64,000 nucleotides of DNA from Myxococcales bacterium (GTDB lineage: Bacteria; Myxococcota_A; UBA9042; JABWCM01; BTVJ01). Location: NCBI GenBank assembly GCA_045863395.1, contig BTVJ01000005.1, forward strand, positions 128,001 to 192,000, in the 5' to 3' direction. Of this stretch, positions 20,570-31,000 are shown one piece after another. The position numbers and the translations under genes were made by a program. Under the pieces are notes generated by a model. The model was not told the origin of the DNA and searched no databases. It saw nothing but the letters and a program-made list of their open reading frames with translations. How positions within the stretch are numbered: position 1 is the first letter of the stretch; every line of letters starts with the position of its first letter.

Positions 20570-21237
20570 GGGCTCCCTCCGTCCAGCAGGGACGTGACCC
20601 CCAGAGACGCCGCGGTGACCGCGGGGCCCAGCGTGTCGGCCAGCAGCCGATCCAGCGCAGCCTCGTCGCGGCGCCGACACGCCTCGAAGAGCGCGTCGCC
20701 CACCAGCCGCTCGTAGGCCTGGCGCGGGGGCGGGCCGTCCTGGCGCAGGCGCTCGCGCGCGGCGGCCACCACCTCCAGCGCGGTCGCCACCTCGGGCCCG
20801 ATCAGGCCGTCGAGCCACTCCTTGAGGGCGTGCGAGAAGCCTGGGCACGCGCCGCCGGTGGACAGCGCCACCGTGAGACGCCCGCGGCGCAGCACCGCTG
20901 GGACGTGAAAGTCGCTGGCATCGGGGTCATCGGCCACGTTCACCAGCACTCCGCGCGCCCTCGCCGCGCTCACCACGGCGGCGTTCGTGTCGCGGCGGTC
21001 CGTGGCGGCGATGGCCGCAAAGGCCCCGTCCAGGTGGTGCGGCTCGAAGCGGGCCTCGACGAGGTCGGCCCTGGCCGCTGCCCAGGTCCTGACCTCGTCC
21101 GACGGCGCGGCCGCGACGATGCGCAGCGCCGCCCCCGTCCCCTCGAGCAGGCGGAGCTTTCGTCCGGCCACACGACCGCCGCCGACGACGACGATCACCC
21201 TGCCCGCCACGCTCATGTTCATCGGATATCGCAGCAT
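20566..21237 (-). CDS. Precorrin-2 dehydrogenase / sirohydrochlorin ferrochelatase (CysG N-terminal / SirC)
   Basis: YPMNM..VVVGGGRVAGRK, AATD, NVADDP..DFHVPA, STGGACP; C-terminal part of track ORF 20566..22689. Confidence 0.9.
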   Translation of the reverse strand: MLRYPMNMSVAGRVIVVVGGGRVAGRKLRLLEGTGAALRIVAAAPSDEVRTWAAARADLVEARFEPHHLDGAFAAIAATDRRDTNAAVVSAARARGVLVNVADDPDASDFHVPAVLRRGRLTVALSTGGACPGFSHALKEWLDGLIGPEVATALEVVAAARERLRQDGPPPRQAYERLVGDALFEACRRRDEAALDRLLADTLGPAVTAASLGVTSLLDGGSP

Positions 21238-21262
21238 GCGCTCCTCGCCCCACGGGCGCCTG

Positions 21263-21291
21263 AGTATAGGGAGGGCCCCTCGCGTTGTCAC
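21263..21291 (-). promoter_or_regulatory. sigma70-like promoter for the tetrapyrrole operon
   Basis: Minus strand GTGACA-N17-TATACT in the rodA-sirC gap. Confidence 0.45.
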
Positions 21292-21308
21292 TGGCCCCTG
21301 GGAGGCCA

Positions 21309-22427
21309 TCACGAGATCTTCCCTCGACTGACGCTCACGTTGAGGACCATGCCGATGCCGATGAAGGTGGTCAGCACGCTCGACCCCCCGTAGCTCAACA
21401 GCGGCAGGGTCACGCCGACCACCGGTAGGAGCCCGATGACCATGCCGATGTTCACGAAAGCGCCACTGACGATCATGGTCGCGACGCCGGCGGCAAGCAT
21501 GGCGCCGAACCTCTCCCTCGCCGCGCGGGCGACGCGGAACATCCACACGGCAAAGGCGAAGAACACGAGGGTCAGCCCCGCGCAGCCAACGAACCCGTGC
21601 TCCTCCGCGAACGTGGCGATGATGAAGTCGTTGTGCATCTCCGGCAGGTACTTGAGCCGGCTCCGTGCGCCTCCCTTGATGCCCTTCCCCATCACCTTGC
21701 CGCTCCCCACCGCCCACAGGGCCTGCTCGGGCTGGAGCTTCTTGTCCAGGACCTTCTTCCCCTCCGGGTCCAGCTTGAACTGGTCTTCGTTGAGCCACAG
21801 GCGCACCCGATCCTTCTGGTAGTCGTGGATCACGTCGAACTGCCAGGCGAGAGGGAGCACGAGCATGACGACGGCGAGCACGGTCAGGAGGCTGCGCATG
21901 CGGATGCCCTCGAACAGCAGCATGCACGCGGCGACGATGACGAGCATGAGGGTCGTACCGAGGTCCGGCTGCAGAAGGACCAGCGCCGAGGGAACGCCGA
22001 TCATGATCGTAGGCACGATGAGCTCGCGGAGGGTGAACTTGCCCGGCTTCTTGTTGCGCTGGATCCATCGGGCCAGCGCGAGGATCATGCCGATCTTCAT
22101 GAACTCGCTGGGCTGGATCACCATGTTGCCTATCTCGATCCACCGCTGGCTGTTGTTCACCTCGCGGCCGAAGAGCCGGGTCGCCAGCAGCAGCGCCATG
22201 ACGGCGAAGTAGACGAGATACGACAGGCGCTCGAGGACGCGCAGGTCCACCGCGGCGATCAGGAACGCGACGATCACGCCCAGCAGCATCCAGATGACCT
22301 GGGACTTGTGGAACTGGTCGCCCGAGTAGTAGTCGCTGCTGGCGAGGTTGACGAGCCCGAGGGCTGACACGCCCAGCAGCAACAGCAGCCAGAGCCAGTT
22401 GGAGCGGATGGCACGGAGGAACTGCAT
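21309..22427 (-). CDS. rodA: Rod shape-determining SEDS glycosyltransferase RodA
   Basis: SQRWI..IQPSEFMK, LQPDLGT, YQKDR, LPEMHNDFI, VGVTLPLLSYGGSS; follows mrdA. Confidence 0.95.
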   Translation of the reverse strand: MQFLRAIRSNWLWLLLLLGVSALGLVNLASSDYYSGDQFHKSQVIWMLLGVIVAFLIAAVDLRVLERLSYLVYFAVMALLLATRLFGREVNNSQRWIEIGNMVIQPSEFMKIGMILALARWIQRNKKPGKFTLRELIVPTIMIGVPSALVLLQPDLGTTLMLVIVAACMLLFEGIRMRSLLTVLAVVMLVLPLAWQFDVIHDYQKDRVRLWLNEDQFKLDPEGKKVLDKKLQPEQALWAVGSGKVMGKGIKGGARSRLKYLPEMHNDFIIATFAEEHGFVGCAGLTLVFFAFAVWMFRVARAARERFGAMLAAGVATMIVSGAFVNIGMVIGLLPVVGVTLPLLSYGGSSVLTTFIGIGMVLNVSVSRGKIS

Positions 22428-22429
22428 CG

Positions 22430-24724
22430 CTAGGGCAGCTCCTCTTCGCCCATGGGCCTCGGGACGTCCCGCCGTGCAGGGGCGGCGTCGGGGGCAGCGC
22501 TGGGAGCGTCGGCGCCCGCTCCGGCCCTGCGGGCGTCGTGGGAGCCCGCGCGGGGCACCACCTTCCCGAGGCCGCGACGGAAATACTGATCGATGACGTG
22601 CTGGGCGACCGGGGCGGCCATCTGACCGCCCGACCCGCCGTGCTCCACGAACACGACGACCACGATCTGGGGATCCTCGATGGGCGCATAGGCCGCGAAC
22701 CACGCGTGGTCCTGCTTCAGCCACTCGGCGACCTCCTCCGATGCGCCCTTGCGGCTCTGCGGCGCCTCGGCCGTGCCGGTCTTCCCAGCAAAGATCACGT
22801 TCTCCAGGCGGGCGCTCCGCGCCGTCCCGCGGTCAGGATCGTTGACCACGCGCTCCAGACCTCGGCGCACGGCGGTGAGGTGCTGTTCGCTGAAGGGGAG
22901 TGTGCGCTCCACCTCCGGCTGGAAGGTCCGCGTCACGTTGCCACCCGCGTCCTCCAGGCGCTTGACGATCCGCGCGCGCATCACCTTGCCGCCGTTGGCG
23001 ATCGCCGCGTAGACGCGCGCCATCTGGAGCGGCGTGGTCAGGAGCGACCCTTGCCCCACCGACACGGACAACGTGAAGCCGGGCTGCCAGCCGAGGGGCT
23101 GCTGCCGGTGCCACTCCTTGGTCGGCACGCGCCCGACGCGCTCGTTCAGCTCGATCCCCGTGGGCTCGCCCAGCCGGAACACCTCGTGGGAGTAACGCGA
23201 CAGCACGTCCATGCCCATGAGCTCGCCCACCTGGTAGTAGTAGACGTCGCACGAGAGCATCAGCGCCTCCTCCAGGGCGATGTCGCCACCGTGCCCGCCT
23301 CGCGCGTGGCACCGGAACCGTCGGCCGCCAAACGTGTAGAAGCCGGGGCAGGTGGTGTGCCACGACGGCGCCACGACCCCGGTGTCCAACGCCGCCAGGG
23401 AGGTGACGACCTTGAAGATGGAGCCCGGCGCGTAGGCTGTGAGCGCCTTGTCGTAGAGCGGCCCGTAGGGGTTCTCGTCCACCTCGCGCTTCGCCTCACG
23501 GGTCAGCCGCCCCGACCAGATGTTGGGGTCGAAGGAGGGCTTGGAGTACAGGGCGAGCACCTCGCCAGTCGCGGCCTCCATGACGACCACTGCACCGCTC
23601 CGGTGGTACCGCATGGCGTCCTTGATGATGCCCTGGAGCTCCACGTCGAGCGTCAGTACGACCGTCTGCCCGGGCACCGCCTTGGTGCCGCCGAGCCCGC
23701 GGAAGAGCTTCTTCAGCAGCTCCGGATCCTGGGAGGCACCCCGCGAGTCGCGGACGGAGACCTCCTCGCCGCTCTGCCCGCGCAGGGCCTCCTCCATGGC
23801 GCGCTCGATGCCGGTGCGCCCGATCCAGTCGCCCGGCCGGTAGGCGCCGGGCCACTTCTCCATGTCCTCCCGGTTGACCTCGTTCATGTAGCCGAGGACG
23901 TGGCTGAGCCTGTAGCGGTATGGGTACTCGCGGCGCATCTCCGTCACGAGGCGCACGCCCGGCAGCCGGTGCAGGTTGGCGGTGATGATCGCCTGCTCGC
24001 TGTTGAAGCGGCGCTTGCACATCGGGCACTGCAGGTTCGTGGTCGGGCGCTCCAGCGTCGCCCCGTCGACCGGGCACCGCGCCGCGTGCTCCCCGGGCGG
24101 CAACCACGACGAGCCGCAGGCGGAGCAGTGGAGCGCGTGGCCGGCGCCACCCGGCTTGAGCGGGCGCTTGTCGTTCGGGCACTTCTGGGCACCCGCCGGG
24201 AGCTCGTGCCACACCCCACCGCACTCGGGGCACCACAGGTGGGGGACCTCGTCGACGAGCTTGAGCTCGGCCGAGTCGAACGGGCAGGAGCCGGCCACCA
24301 GGTCCCGCGCCACGGAGATGGGGTTGAAGCGCTTCTCCTTGACCGACCCCTCCTCGATGCGCTGCTGGAGCGACGCATACTCTGTGTTGGTCAGCCCGAG
24401 GAGCTCCCGGAGCAGGGGCAGGGTCTTCTCAGGCTCCTTGAGATAGTGGGGGGTGATGGTCAGGTGGTGGGCGTCGATGTTGCGGGCCACGACCCGACCC
24501 TGGCGATCCTTGATGACGCCGCGGCGCGCAGGGACCCGTTCGTCCGAGATGTAGTTGATCTGGGCGAGGCGCTCATACTCGCCCCCCTTGACGACCTGGA
24601 GCTGGAAGAAGCGCCCGACGAGCACCAGCGCCAGGATCCCAGAGAACGCGACGGCCCACAGGTACTGCACGCCGTACTCGGTGCGCCCCGATCCGTCGAT
24701 GTCCAGGTCCAGCCGATCCAGCAT
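22430..24724 (-). CDS. mrdA: Penicillin-binding protein 2 with Cys-rich insertion
   Basis: TM anchor, RRGVIKDRQG, REYP, GRTGIE, SIFK (SxxK), SCD, KTGT; mre operon context. Confidence 0.95.
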   Translation of the reverse strand: MLDRLDLDIDGSGRTEYGVQYLWAVAFSGILALVLVGRFFQLQVVKGGEYERLAQINYISDERVPARRGVIKDRQGRVVARNIDAHHLTITPHYLKEPEKTLPLLRELLGLTNTEYASLQQRIEEGSVKEKRFNPISVARDLVAGSCPFDSAELKLVDEVPHLWCPECGGVWHELPAGAQKCPNDKRPLKPGGAGHALHCSACGSSWLPPGEHAARCPVDGATLERPTTNLQCPMCKRRFNSEQAIITANLHRLPGVRLVTEMRREYPYRYRLSHVLGYMNEVNREDMEKWPGAYRPGDWIGRTGIERAMEEALRGQSGEEVSVRDSRGASQDPELLKKLFRGLGGTKAVPGQTVVLTLDVELQGIIKDAMRYHRSGAVVVMEAATGEVLALYSKPSFDPNIWSGRLTREAKREVDENPYGPLYDKALTAYAPGSIFKVVTSLAALDTGVVAPSWHTTCPGFYTFGGRRFRCHARGGHGGDIALEEALMLSCDVYYYQVGELMGMDVLSRYSHEVFRLGEPTGIELNERVGRVPTKEWHRQQPLGWQPGFTLSVSVGQGSLLTTPLQMARVYAAIANGGKVMRARIVKRLEDAGGNVTRTFQPEVERTLPFSEQHLTAVRRGLERVVNDPDRGTARSARLENVIFAGKTGTAEAPQSRKGASEEVAEWLKQDHAWFAAYAPIEDPQIVVVVFVEHGGSGGQMAAPVAQHVIDQYFRRGLGKVVPRAGSHDARRAGAGADAPSAAPDAAPARRDVPRPMGEEELP

Positions 24725-24751
24725 GGTGCGTCCCGTCGCGCCCCCCTCGGG

Positions 24752-25267
24752 TCAGGGGAAGAAGACGTTGTCCTTCCGGCGGCGCGAGAACACGGTGTCA
24801 GCGAAGCCGCAGAGCCAGAAGACCATCGGCGCGAAGGGCGCCGAGATCAGGGCCTGGGGCACGATCATCGACAGAATCGACCCATAGGTGTCAAACCCCC
24901 GGTCGAAGATCATGGTGAGCAACAGGAACAGCACCCCCGCCACGAGCACGCCCAGAAAGGCCAGGATCATCTGTGACACGACGCCACGGAGCGTCACCTT
25001 GTGAGCGAGGAACCGGAACAGGTAGTACACGAGCACGGAGATCTCCGTGAACATCCCGACCGGCGAGCCAAGCGCGAAGCCGTCCTTCATGAGGCCGATG
25101 GCGAAGGCCACGAGGGCCCCGGTCAGTCCACCGATGTTCACCGCGAGCCAGATCACGACCAGGATCGCCAGATCCGGGGCATAGAGGCTCAGGTTGAGCT
25201 GGTGGAGCAGGGGCGACTCCAGCCCGAGGAGCAGGTAGGTCAACACCAGGATCAGCAGCACCCTCAT
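24752..25267 (-). CDS. mreD: Rod shape-determining protein MreD
   Basis: Hydrophobic ~171 aa (MRVLLILV..PDL..GLMKD) between mreC and mrdA; ATGA overlap with mreC. Confidence 0.85.
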   Translation of the reverse strand: MRVLLILVLTYLLLGLESPLLHQLNLSLYAPDLAILVVIWLAVNIGGLTGALVAFAIGLMKDGFALGSPVGMFTEISVLVYYLFRFLAHKVTLRGVVSQMILAFLGVLVAGVLFLLLTMIFDRGFDTYGSILSMIVPQALISAPFAPMVFWLCGFADTVFSRRRKDNVFFP

Positions 25268-26136
25268 CGCTTCTCCTGAGGTCGGTCGGCGGTGGGGTCG
25301 GGGCTGCGGTCGACGACGATCAGCACCTCCTCCAGGGTCGAGAAGTTGACCGCGGGCGTGACGTCGTAGACGTAGTAGAGCCCATCCTGGTGTTCCGAGT
25401 CCGACGCGATGTAGCCCACCTCGAGACCAGGGGGGAACACCTTGTCGTGGCCGCTGGTGACCACCGTGTCGTCCTTCTCCACGGGCTGGCTCTTGTGGAG
25501 GAAGCTGAACTTGCCGCCGTACTCGTTGCGGTCCCCCCGGCCGGTGAGGACGCCGGTGACCCCTTTGCCGGCGATGGTCACGTTGATCTGGCTCCGGGCG
25601 TCCACGGCGAGCATCACGTCGCTCCAACCGGCACCCGTGTTGGAGATGCGGCCTACGACCCCCTCGTGCGTGATCACGGGCATCCCCTCGGTCACGTGGT
25701 CGGAGGCGCCCGTGTCGAGGGCCACCTTGAGCACCCGGTAGTTGGGCGAGATGTCCCGTCCGATGACCCGCGCCGCGATGGTGCGCACGTCCGTGCGGGC
25801 CTTCTTGAACTCCAGGAGCTTCTTGAGGCGCTCGTTCTCGAGGAGCAGGGTCTTCGCTCGCAGCGCCTCGCCGAGCAGCACCTCGTGCTCGCGCAGGAGG
25901 CGCTGGTTCTCCTCGGCGAGCCCCACCAGCCAGACGTAGTCGGACCACACGCCCTCGACGGCGCGGAGCACCTCGTGCGCGACGGCCTGGACGGGCGAGG
26001 TCAGCACGAGCAGCCCGGTCTCGATGGGCGAGTTGCCGGGCCGCCGCTTCCCGTGAAAGTAGAGGGAGAACAGCGGCAGCGTCAGCACCAGGAAGGTGAG
26101 CGCGATGGCGCGGTAGCGGCGGAGGGTGTCTCTCAT
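25264..26136 (-). CDS. mreC: Rod shape-determining protein MreC
   Basis: Coiled coil ENERLKKLL, ARVIGR, GMPVI..GVVGRI, VVTSG..FPPGL. Confidence 0.93.
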   Translation of the reverse strand: MRDTLRRYRAIALTFLVLTLPLFSLYFHGKRRPGNSPIETGLLVLTSPVQAVAHEVLRAVEGVWSDYVWLVGLAEENQRLLREHEVLLGEALRAKTLLLENERLKKLLEFKKARTDVRTIAARVIGRDISPNYRVLKVALDTGASDHVTEGMPVITHEGVVGRISNTGAGWSDVMLAVDARSQINVTIAGKGVTGVLTGRGDRNEYGGKFSFLHKSQPVEKDDTVVTSGHDKVFPPGLEVGYIASDSEHQDGLYYVYDVTPAVNFSTLEEVLIVVDRSPDPTADRPQEKR

Positions 26137-26168
26137 CGTCCGGGGGGGTCACCCTGGGTGCGGGCGCG

Positions 26169-27269
<1,101 letters not shown>

Positions 27270-27316
27270 TCACCACGGCCGCGGAGGAGCCTCCGGCGCA
27301 GCATCGAGGCGTGCAG

Positions 27317-27345
27317 CTTATAGCACTCCCCCCGGGGCCGTTCAA
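27317..27345 (-). promoter_or_regulatory. sigma70-like promoter for the mre operon
   Basis: Minus strand TTGAAC-N17-TATAAG with TG extension. Confidence 0.45.
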
Positions 27346-27461
27346 GAATGCTTGCCCTGGGGCGTCGGCCAGCGGATCGCGGCACCGGAGCGCAGGCTGC
27401 GCGCCGAGCTCGCCTCGCCCGAGCACCTCGTCCGTGGCCCTGCCAGGGCCCCGTGGCGGTC

Positions 27462-27490
27462 TTGACCTTTGGGGGCGGGTCGTCTAGTAT
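27462..27490 (+). promoter_or_regulatory. sigma70-like promoter
   Basis: TTGACC-N17-TAGTAT upstream of the ATG at 27568. Confidence 0.5.
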
Positions 27491-27567
27491 CTGCCCCTTC
27501 CGGAGCCGGGGACTGCCCGAAGCTCGAAAAACATCAACGATTTCAGACATTTAGGAGCGAACGGGCC

Positions 27568-29649
27568 ATGCTCGACCTCCTGCGCAAGCACTCCCGCTCC
27601 ACGATCATCTACGTGCTGTTCGGCATCATCATCGCCGTGTTCGTGTTCACGTTCAACACGACCGGCAGCGGTGGGGGCGGCGGCTGCGGCGGAGGCGTGG
27701 ACTCCACCACCTTGGCGCACGTCGGCAAGGAGAGCATCGACAACGCGACCTTCGACATGGCGCTCCTGATGGCCCAGGACCCGCCCCGCCCCGGGCGTCG
27801 GGACGCGCGGTCCCTGCAGCAGGAGTTCCTCTACAAGGCGACCCGCTTCGTGGCGGTGCCGCCGGACGTCAGGTTCGCGGGGTACGTGCGTCCGGACCCG
27901 AGCCCCATCAAGGCCGAGAAGGTCATGCACGACGTGATCGAGACGTGGCTCGTCAGCCAGAAGGCCAAAGAGATGGGCCTCCGGGTCACCGACGAGGAGC
28001 TCGCGCGCCGCGTGGTCCAGGAGAGCTGGCGCAACCCGGACACCGGCAAGATCGACCCGGCCACCTACGACAACTTCGTCCGCTACGGGCTGCGCACGAC
28101 CAAGGCGCGCTTCGAGGACTTCATGCGGCGGGAGATCCTGCGCGAGAAGATGATCGCCGCGCTGACCGCCCACGTGAAGGAGTCACCCGCGACGATCGAC
28201 TGGTACGTGTCCCAGATGAGCGACAAGGTGAACCTGGAGTACGTGGAGCTGGACGCGGGCACGCTTGCACCCCTGGTGACGGTGGCCGACGCCGAGGTCA
28301 CCCAGTGGCTCGCGACCAATGAGGCCAAGGCCAAGGAGTGGTACGACCAGCACCGCAGCGAGTTCGACAAGCCGGAGCGCGTGAGCCTCCACGGCATCTT
28401 CAAGAAGGCGCCGCTGCGTGTGCTGATCGACCGCCAGGAGGACGCCGCCAAGAAGGCCGAGATGGAGACCCAGCGGGGCACCGCGCAGGCGGCCGCCGAG
28501 ATGCTGCTCGCGCAGCTCCGGCTGGGCGAGCAGGGCATGGCGCCCGGACCAGCGCAGGTCCCAGCCCCCCAGGGTGAGCCGGAGGCGGCTCCCGAGGCGG
28601 CCGCGGAGGAGGCTCCGGCCGCGGAGGAGGCTCCGGCCGCGGAGGAGGCTCCGGCCGCGGAGCCCGCAGCGGAGGTGGGAGACGCCCCCCCTGCCGGCGA
28701 GGCCGCCGAGCAGCCCGTCGAGGCGCCGGTCCCCAGCCGCGCGGAGGCCGAGGCGGCGCCCACCGAGGCGCCCGCAGCGGTCACCTTCGAGGCCCTCGCC
28801 GAGAAGGAGTCCGATCACGTCGAGAGCAAGTCGAAGGGCGGAGCCCTGGAGGTCGAGAGGTCCCGCACGGAGCTGGCCAACTGGCCCTTTGGCCCGGCGG
28901 TGGCCGAGGCAGCCTTCACGCTGGACAAAGGCAAGACGAGCGACGTGCTGGAGGTCGACGGAGGCTTCTGGATCATCCGGGTGAACGCGAAGCTCCCGGC
29001 AGAGAGCAAGACCTTTGAGCAGGCGAAGGCCGACATCGCCCGCCGCCTCCTACAGGAGGAGCGCGCCGCCAAGAAGATCGAGGAGGTCGGCAAGGAGCTG
29101 CTCACGCTGGCGAAGGCCAGCACCGACAAGCCGCTTGCGGAGATCGTCGCTGCATGGAACACCGCCAACCCCGGGCCCGAGAAGGACGGCGAGCCCCAGA
29201 AGCTCCTGTCCGCGGCAGAGACGGGTCCCTTTGCGCGCATGGAGCCAGGCTCCATCCCGCGGGCCTTCGACACGTTCGGCAACATCGTGGGCATCGGCAA
29301 GAGCCCGGAGCTGGTCAAGGACGCGTTCACGCTGACCGAAGCCGCCCCCGTCCCGGACCGCCTCTTCAGCATCGAGGGGTCGGACCGCAAGCTCGTCGTG
29401 CGCTTCAAGGAGCGCGTCGAGCCGACCGCGGAGGAGCTTGCGACCCAGAAGCAGCAGGTGGCCGAGCAGCTCACGCAGTTCAGGAAGATCCAGACCTGGC
29501 AGGCGTGGTACCGGGCGACCCTCGAGGAGGCCATGAAGTCGGAGACCGTGGAGCTCGAGAGCGCCTGGCTGTCGTTGCTGGCGCAGGAGCGCAAGGCCTA
29601 CGAGGACGCCATGGCCCGGTCCAACCCGCTGGCGGCGCAGGGGGGCTGA
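27568..29649 (+). CDS. PpiD/SurA-like membrane-anchored periplasmic chaperone with parvulin-type domain
   Basis: MLDLLRKH..IIYVLFGIIIAVFVF anchor, SurA-N (AKEMGLRVTDEEL), parvulin-like FEALAEKESD..KGG..EAAFTL..GFWIIRV. Confidence 0.8.
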   Translation: MLDLLRKHSRSTIIYVLFGIIIAVFVFTFNTTGSGGGGGCGGGVDSTTLAHVGKESIDNATFDMALLMAQDPPRPGRRDARSLQQEFLYKATRFVAVPPDVRFAGYVRPDPSPIKAEKVMHDVIETWLVSQKAKEMGLRVTDEELARRVVQESWRNPDTGKIDPATYDNFVRYGLRTTKARFEDFMRREILREKMIAALTAHVKESPATIDWYVSQMSDKVNLEYVELDAGTLAPLVTVADAEVTQWLATNEAKAKEWYDQHRSEFDKPERVSLHGIFKKAPLRVLIDRQEDAAKKAEMETQRGTAQAAAEMLLAQLRLGEQGMAPGPAQVPAPQGEPEAAPEAAAEEAPAAEEAPAAEEAPAAEPAAEVGDAPPAGEAAEQPVEAPVPSRAEAEAAPTEAPAAVTFEALAEKESDHVESKSKGGALEVERSRTELANWPFGPAVAEAAFTLDKGKTSDVLEVDGGFWIIRVNAKLPAESKTFEQAKADIARRLLQEERAAKKIEEVGKELLTLAKASTDKPLAEIVAAWNTANPGPEKDGEPQKLLSAAETGPFARMEPGSIPRAFDTFGNIVGIGKSPELVKDAFTLTEAAPVPDRLFSIEGSDRKLVVRFKERVEPTAEELATQKQQVAEQLTQFRKIQTWQAWYRATLEEAMKSETVELESAWLSLLAQERKAYEDAMARSNPLAAQGG
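28603..28662 (+). repeat. In-frame 18-bp tandem repeat, 3 copies plus a partial (AEEAPA)
   Basis: GCGGAGGAGGCTCCGGCC at 28603, 28621 and 28639, then GCGGAG. Confidence 0.9.
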
Positions 29650-29854
29650 CCCACCGGCCAGCTCACGTCAACCCCGCCCACTCCCCAATCGGCGTCTCCA
29701 AAGCTCCCGTCGCAGCGCATCGAAAACAGCTCGCTCCCCAGACTCGCCGGCACCCCGCGCCAGGTGTACGCGGCATCCAGACCTCTGACGCTCGTGCTCC
29801 CCCGGAGGCCGCCCCCCAAGCGTCCCCCGGCAGGTCTCGCCCCTCGTGCTGACG

Positions 29855-31000
29855 TCAGCGCAGCTTGGCGGACGGCGCGCGCGCGTCCTCCTCATCCATG
29901 CGGCGCTCCTCCTCGATGCGGCGCTCCTCGTCCCGAAGCAGGCCGCGCAGGTGCGCCAGGTGCTTCTGGGTCTTCTCGGCCCACTCCGTCCCCCGCGCCC
30001 CCGCTCGCTCGCTCATGGTGAGGTTGCGCTCGTAGATCTCCACGGCGCGCTGCACAAGCGGCAGGATGTTCTTCTTGAGCTCCGAGAAGTAGAGGGCCAC
30101 CTCCTGCTCGCCCAGCTCGGCCGGGTACTCGGCCTCGACCATGTCCGTGTAGAAGTCCTCGTACATGGCGCCGAGCCGGAAGCCCGCTGCGATGGACCAC
30201 TGGGAGTTGTGGAGCCGGACCGTCCTCAGGTACGCCGCCTGCGCCTTCAGGAAGAGGTTGCTCTTGTCCTCCAGGTCGCGCTCCATGCGCTCCACCGGGA
30301 GGCGGAAGGCGATGCCGTCGAACAGGGCCCGGTAGATCTCACCGAGCTGGAACTGAGCCATCGACACCCAGTAGCTGCCCTCAAAGACGCGCAGGTGGAG
30401 GTTGTCGTTGTAGACCTTGAGGCACTCCTTGTAGGCGCGCTCCGCCTGGGTGAGATCCCCGAGCTTCTGGTAGGCCCAGCCCCGGCGGACCCAGGCCTCC
30501 GCGCGGTCCATGACGGAGAGCTTCAGCGCGAGGGCCGCCTCGAAGGTGTCCTCCATGGCAGCCCACTGCTCCAGCTTCTCCTGGCAGTTGCCGATGCGGA
30601 ACAGCGCGTCCACCCGGTCGCTCTCCTTCGTGAAGCCAGCGAGCGCTCGCTGATGGAGCGTCAGCGCGGGCGCCCACTGCTGGAGCTCCTCCCGGCCCAG
30701 CCCCGCGTTGAACGCAGCGAGCGGTGCGGCGCGATCCTCGGGAAAGTGCTCCAGGAACACCTCGTACTTGGCCACGGACTCGGCAAACTTCTTGTCGGTG
30801 AAGAGGCGCGCAGCCTCCTTGAACAGGACGTCCGGGTCGAGCGTGTCGACCTCGACGCGCTCGTCGGCCTGGCGGGCGCGGAACTCGATGGCGTCGAGCT
30901 CCACGATGGACCGTGTGGTGCTGCCACAGGCCTGAAGGGCGAGCCCCGCCGCGAGGGCGAGCAGGAGCGACTTGTGGTGCGAGATGTGCGCTGTTCGCAT
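29855..31000 (-). CDS. TPR lipoprotein
   Basis: Lipobox LQAC; BamD/YfiO-like TPRs (YEVFLEHFP, DALFRIG, AQFQLGEIY). Confidence 0.8.
   Translation of the reverse strand: MRTAHISHHKSLLLALAAGLALQACGSTTRSIVELDAIEFRARQADERVEVDTLDPDVLFKEAARLFTDKKFAESVAKYEVFLEHFPEDRAAPLAAFNAGLGREELQQWAPALTLHQRALAGFTKESDRVDALFRIGNCQEKLEQWAAMEDTFEAALALKLSVMDRAEAWVRRGWAYQKLGDLTQAERAYKECLKVYNDNLHLRVFEGSYWVSMAQFQLGEIYRALFDGIAFRLPVERMERDLEDKSNLFLKAQAAYLRTVRLHNSQWSIAAGFRLGAMYEDFYTDMVEAEYPAELGEQEVALYFSELKKNILPLVQRAVEIYERNLTMSERAGARGTEWAEKTQKHLAHLRGLLRDEERRIEEERRMDEEDARAPSAKLR

Noticed and set aside
20566..22689. Apparent 707-aa ORF, and similar N-terminally extended ORFs at 37234-39225, 40346-42736, 44367-46250 and 24752-26152
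   Set aside because: The extensions overlap other genes in another frame; only the C-terminal parts are protein-like, so these are not fusions.
24017..24286. PBP2 insert as an intein or multiheme domain
   Set aside because: No intein terminal residues (C/S...HN) and no CxxCH motifs.
28603..28662. Tandem repeat as a possible CRISPR array
   Set aside because: It is in frame, has no spacers, and no cas genes are present.
29650..29854. C-rich 200-bp gap between convergent genes as a possible ncRNA or small ORF
   Set aside because: No recognisable RNA family, terminator or credible coding signal.
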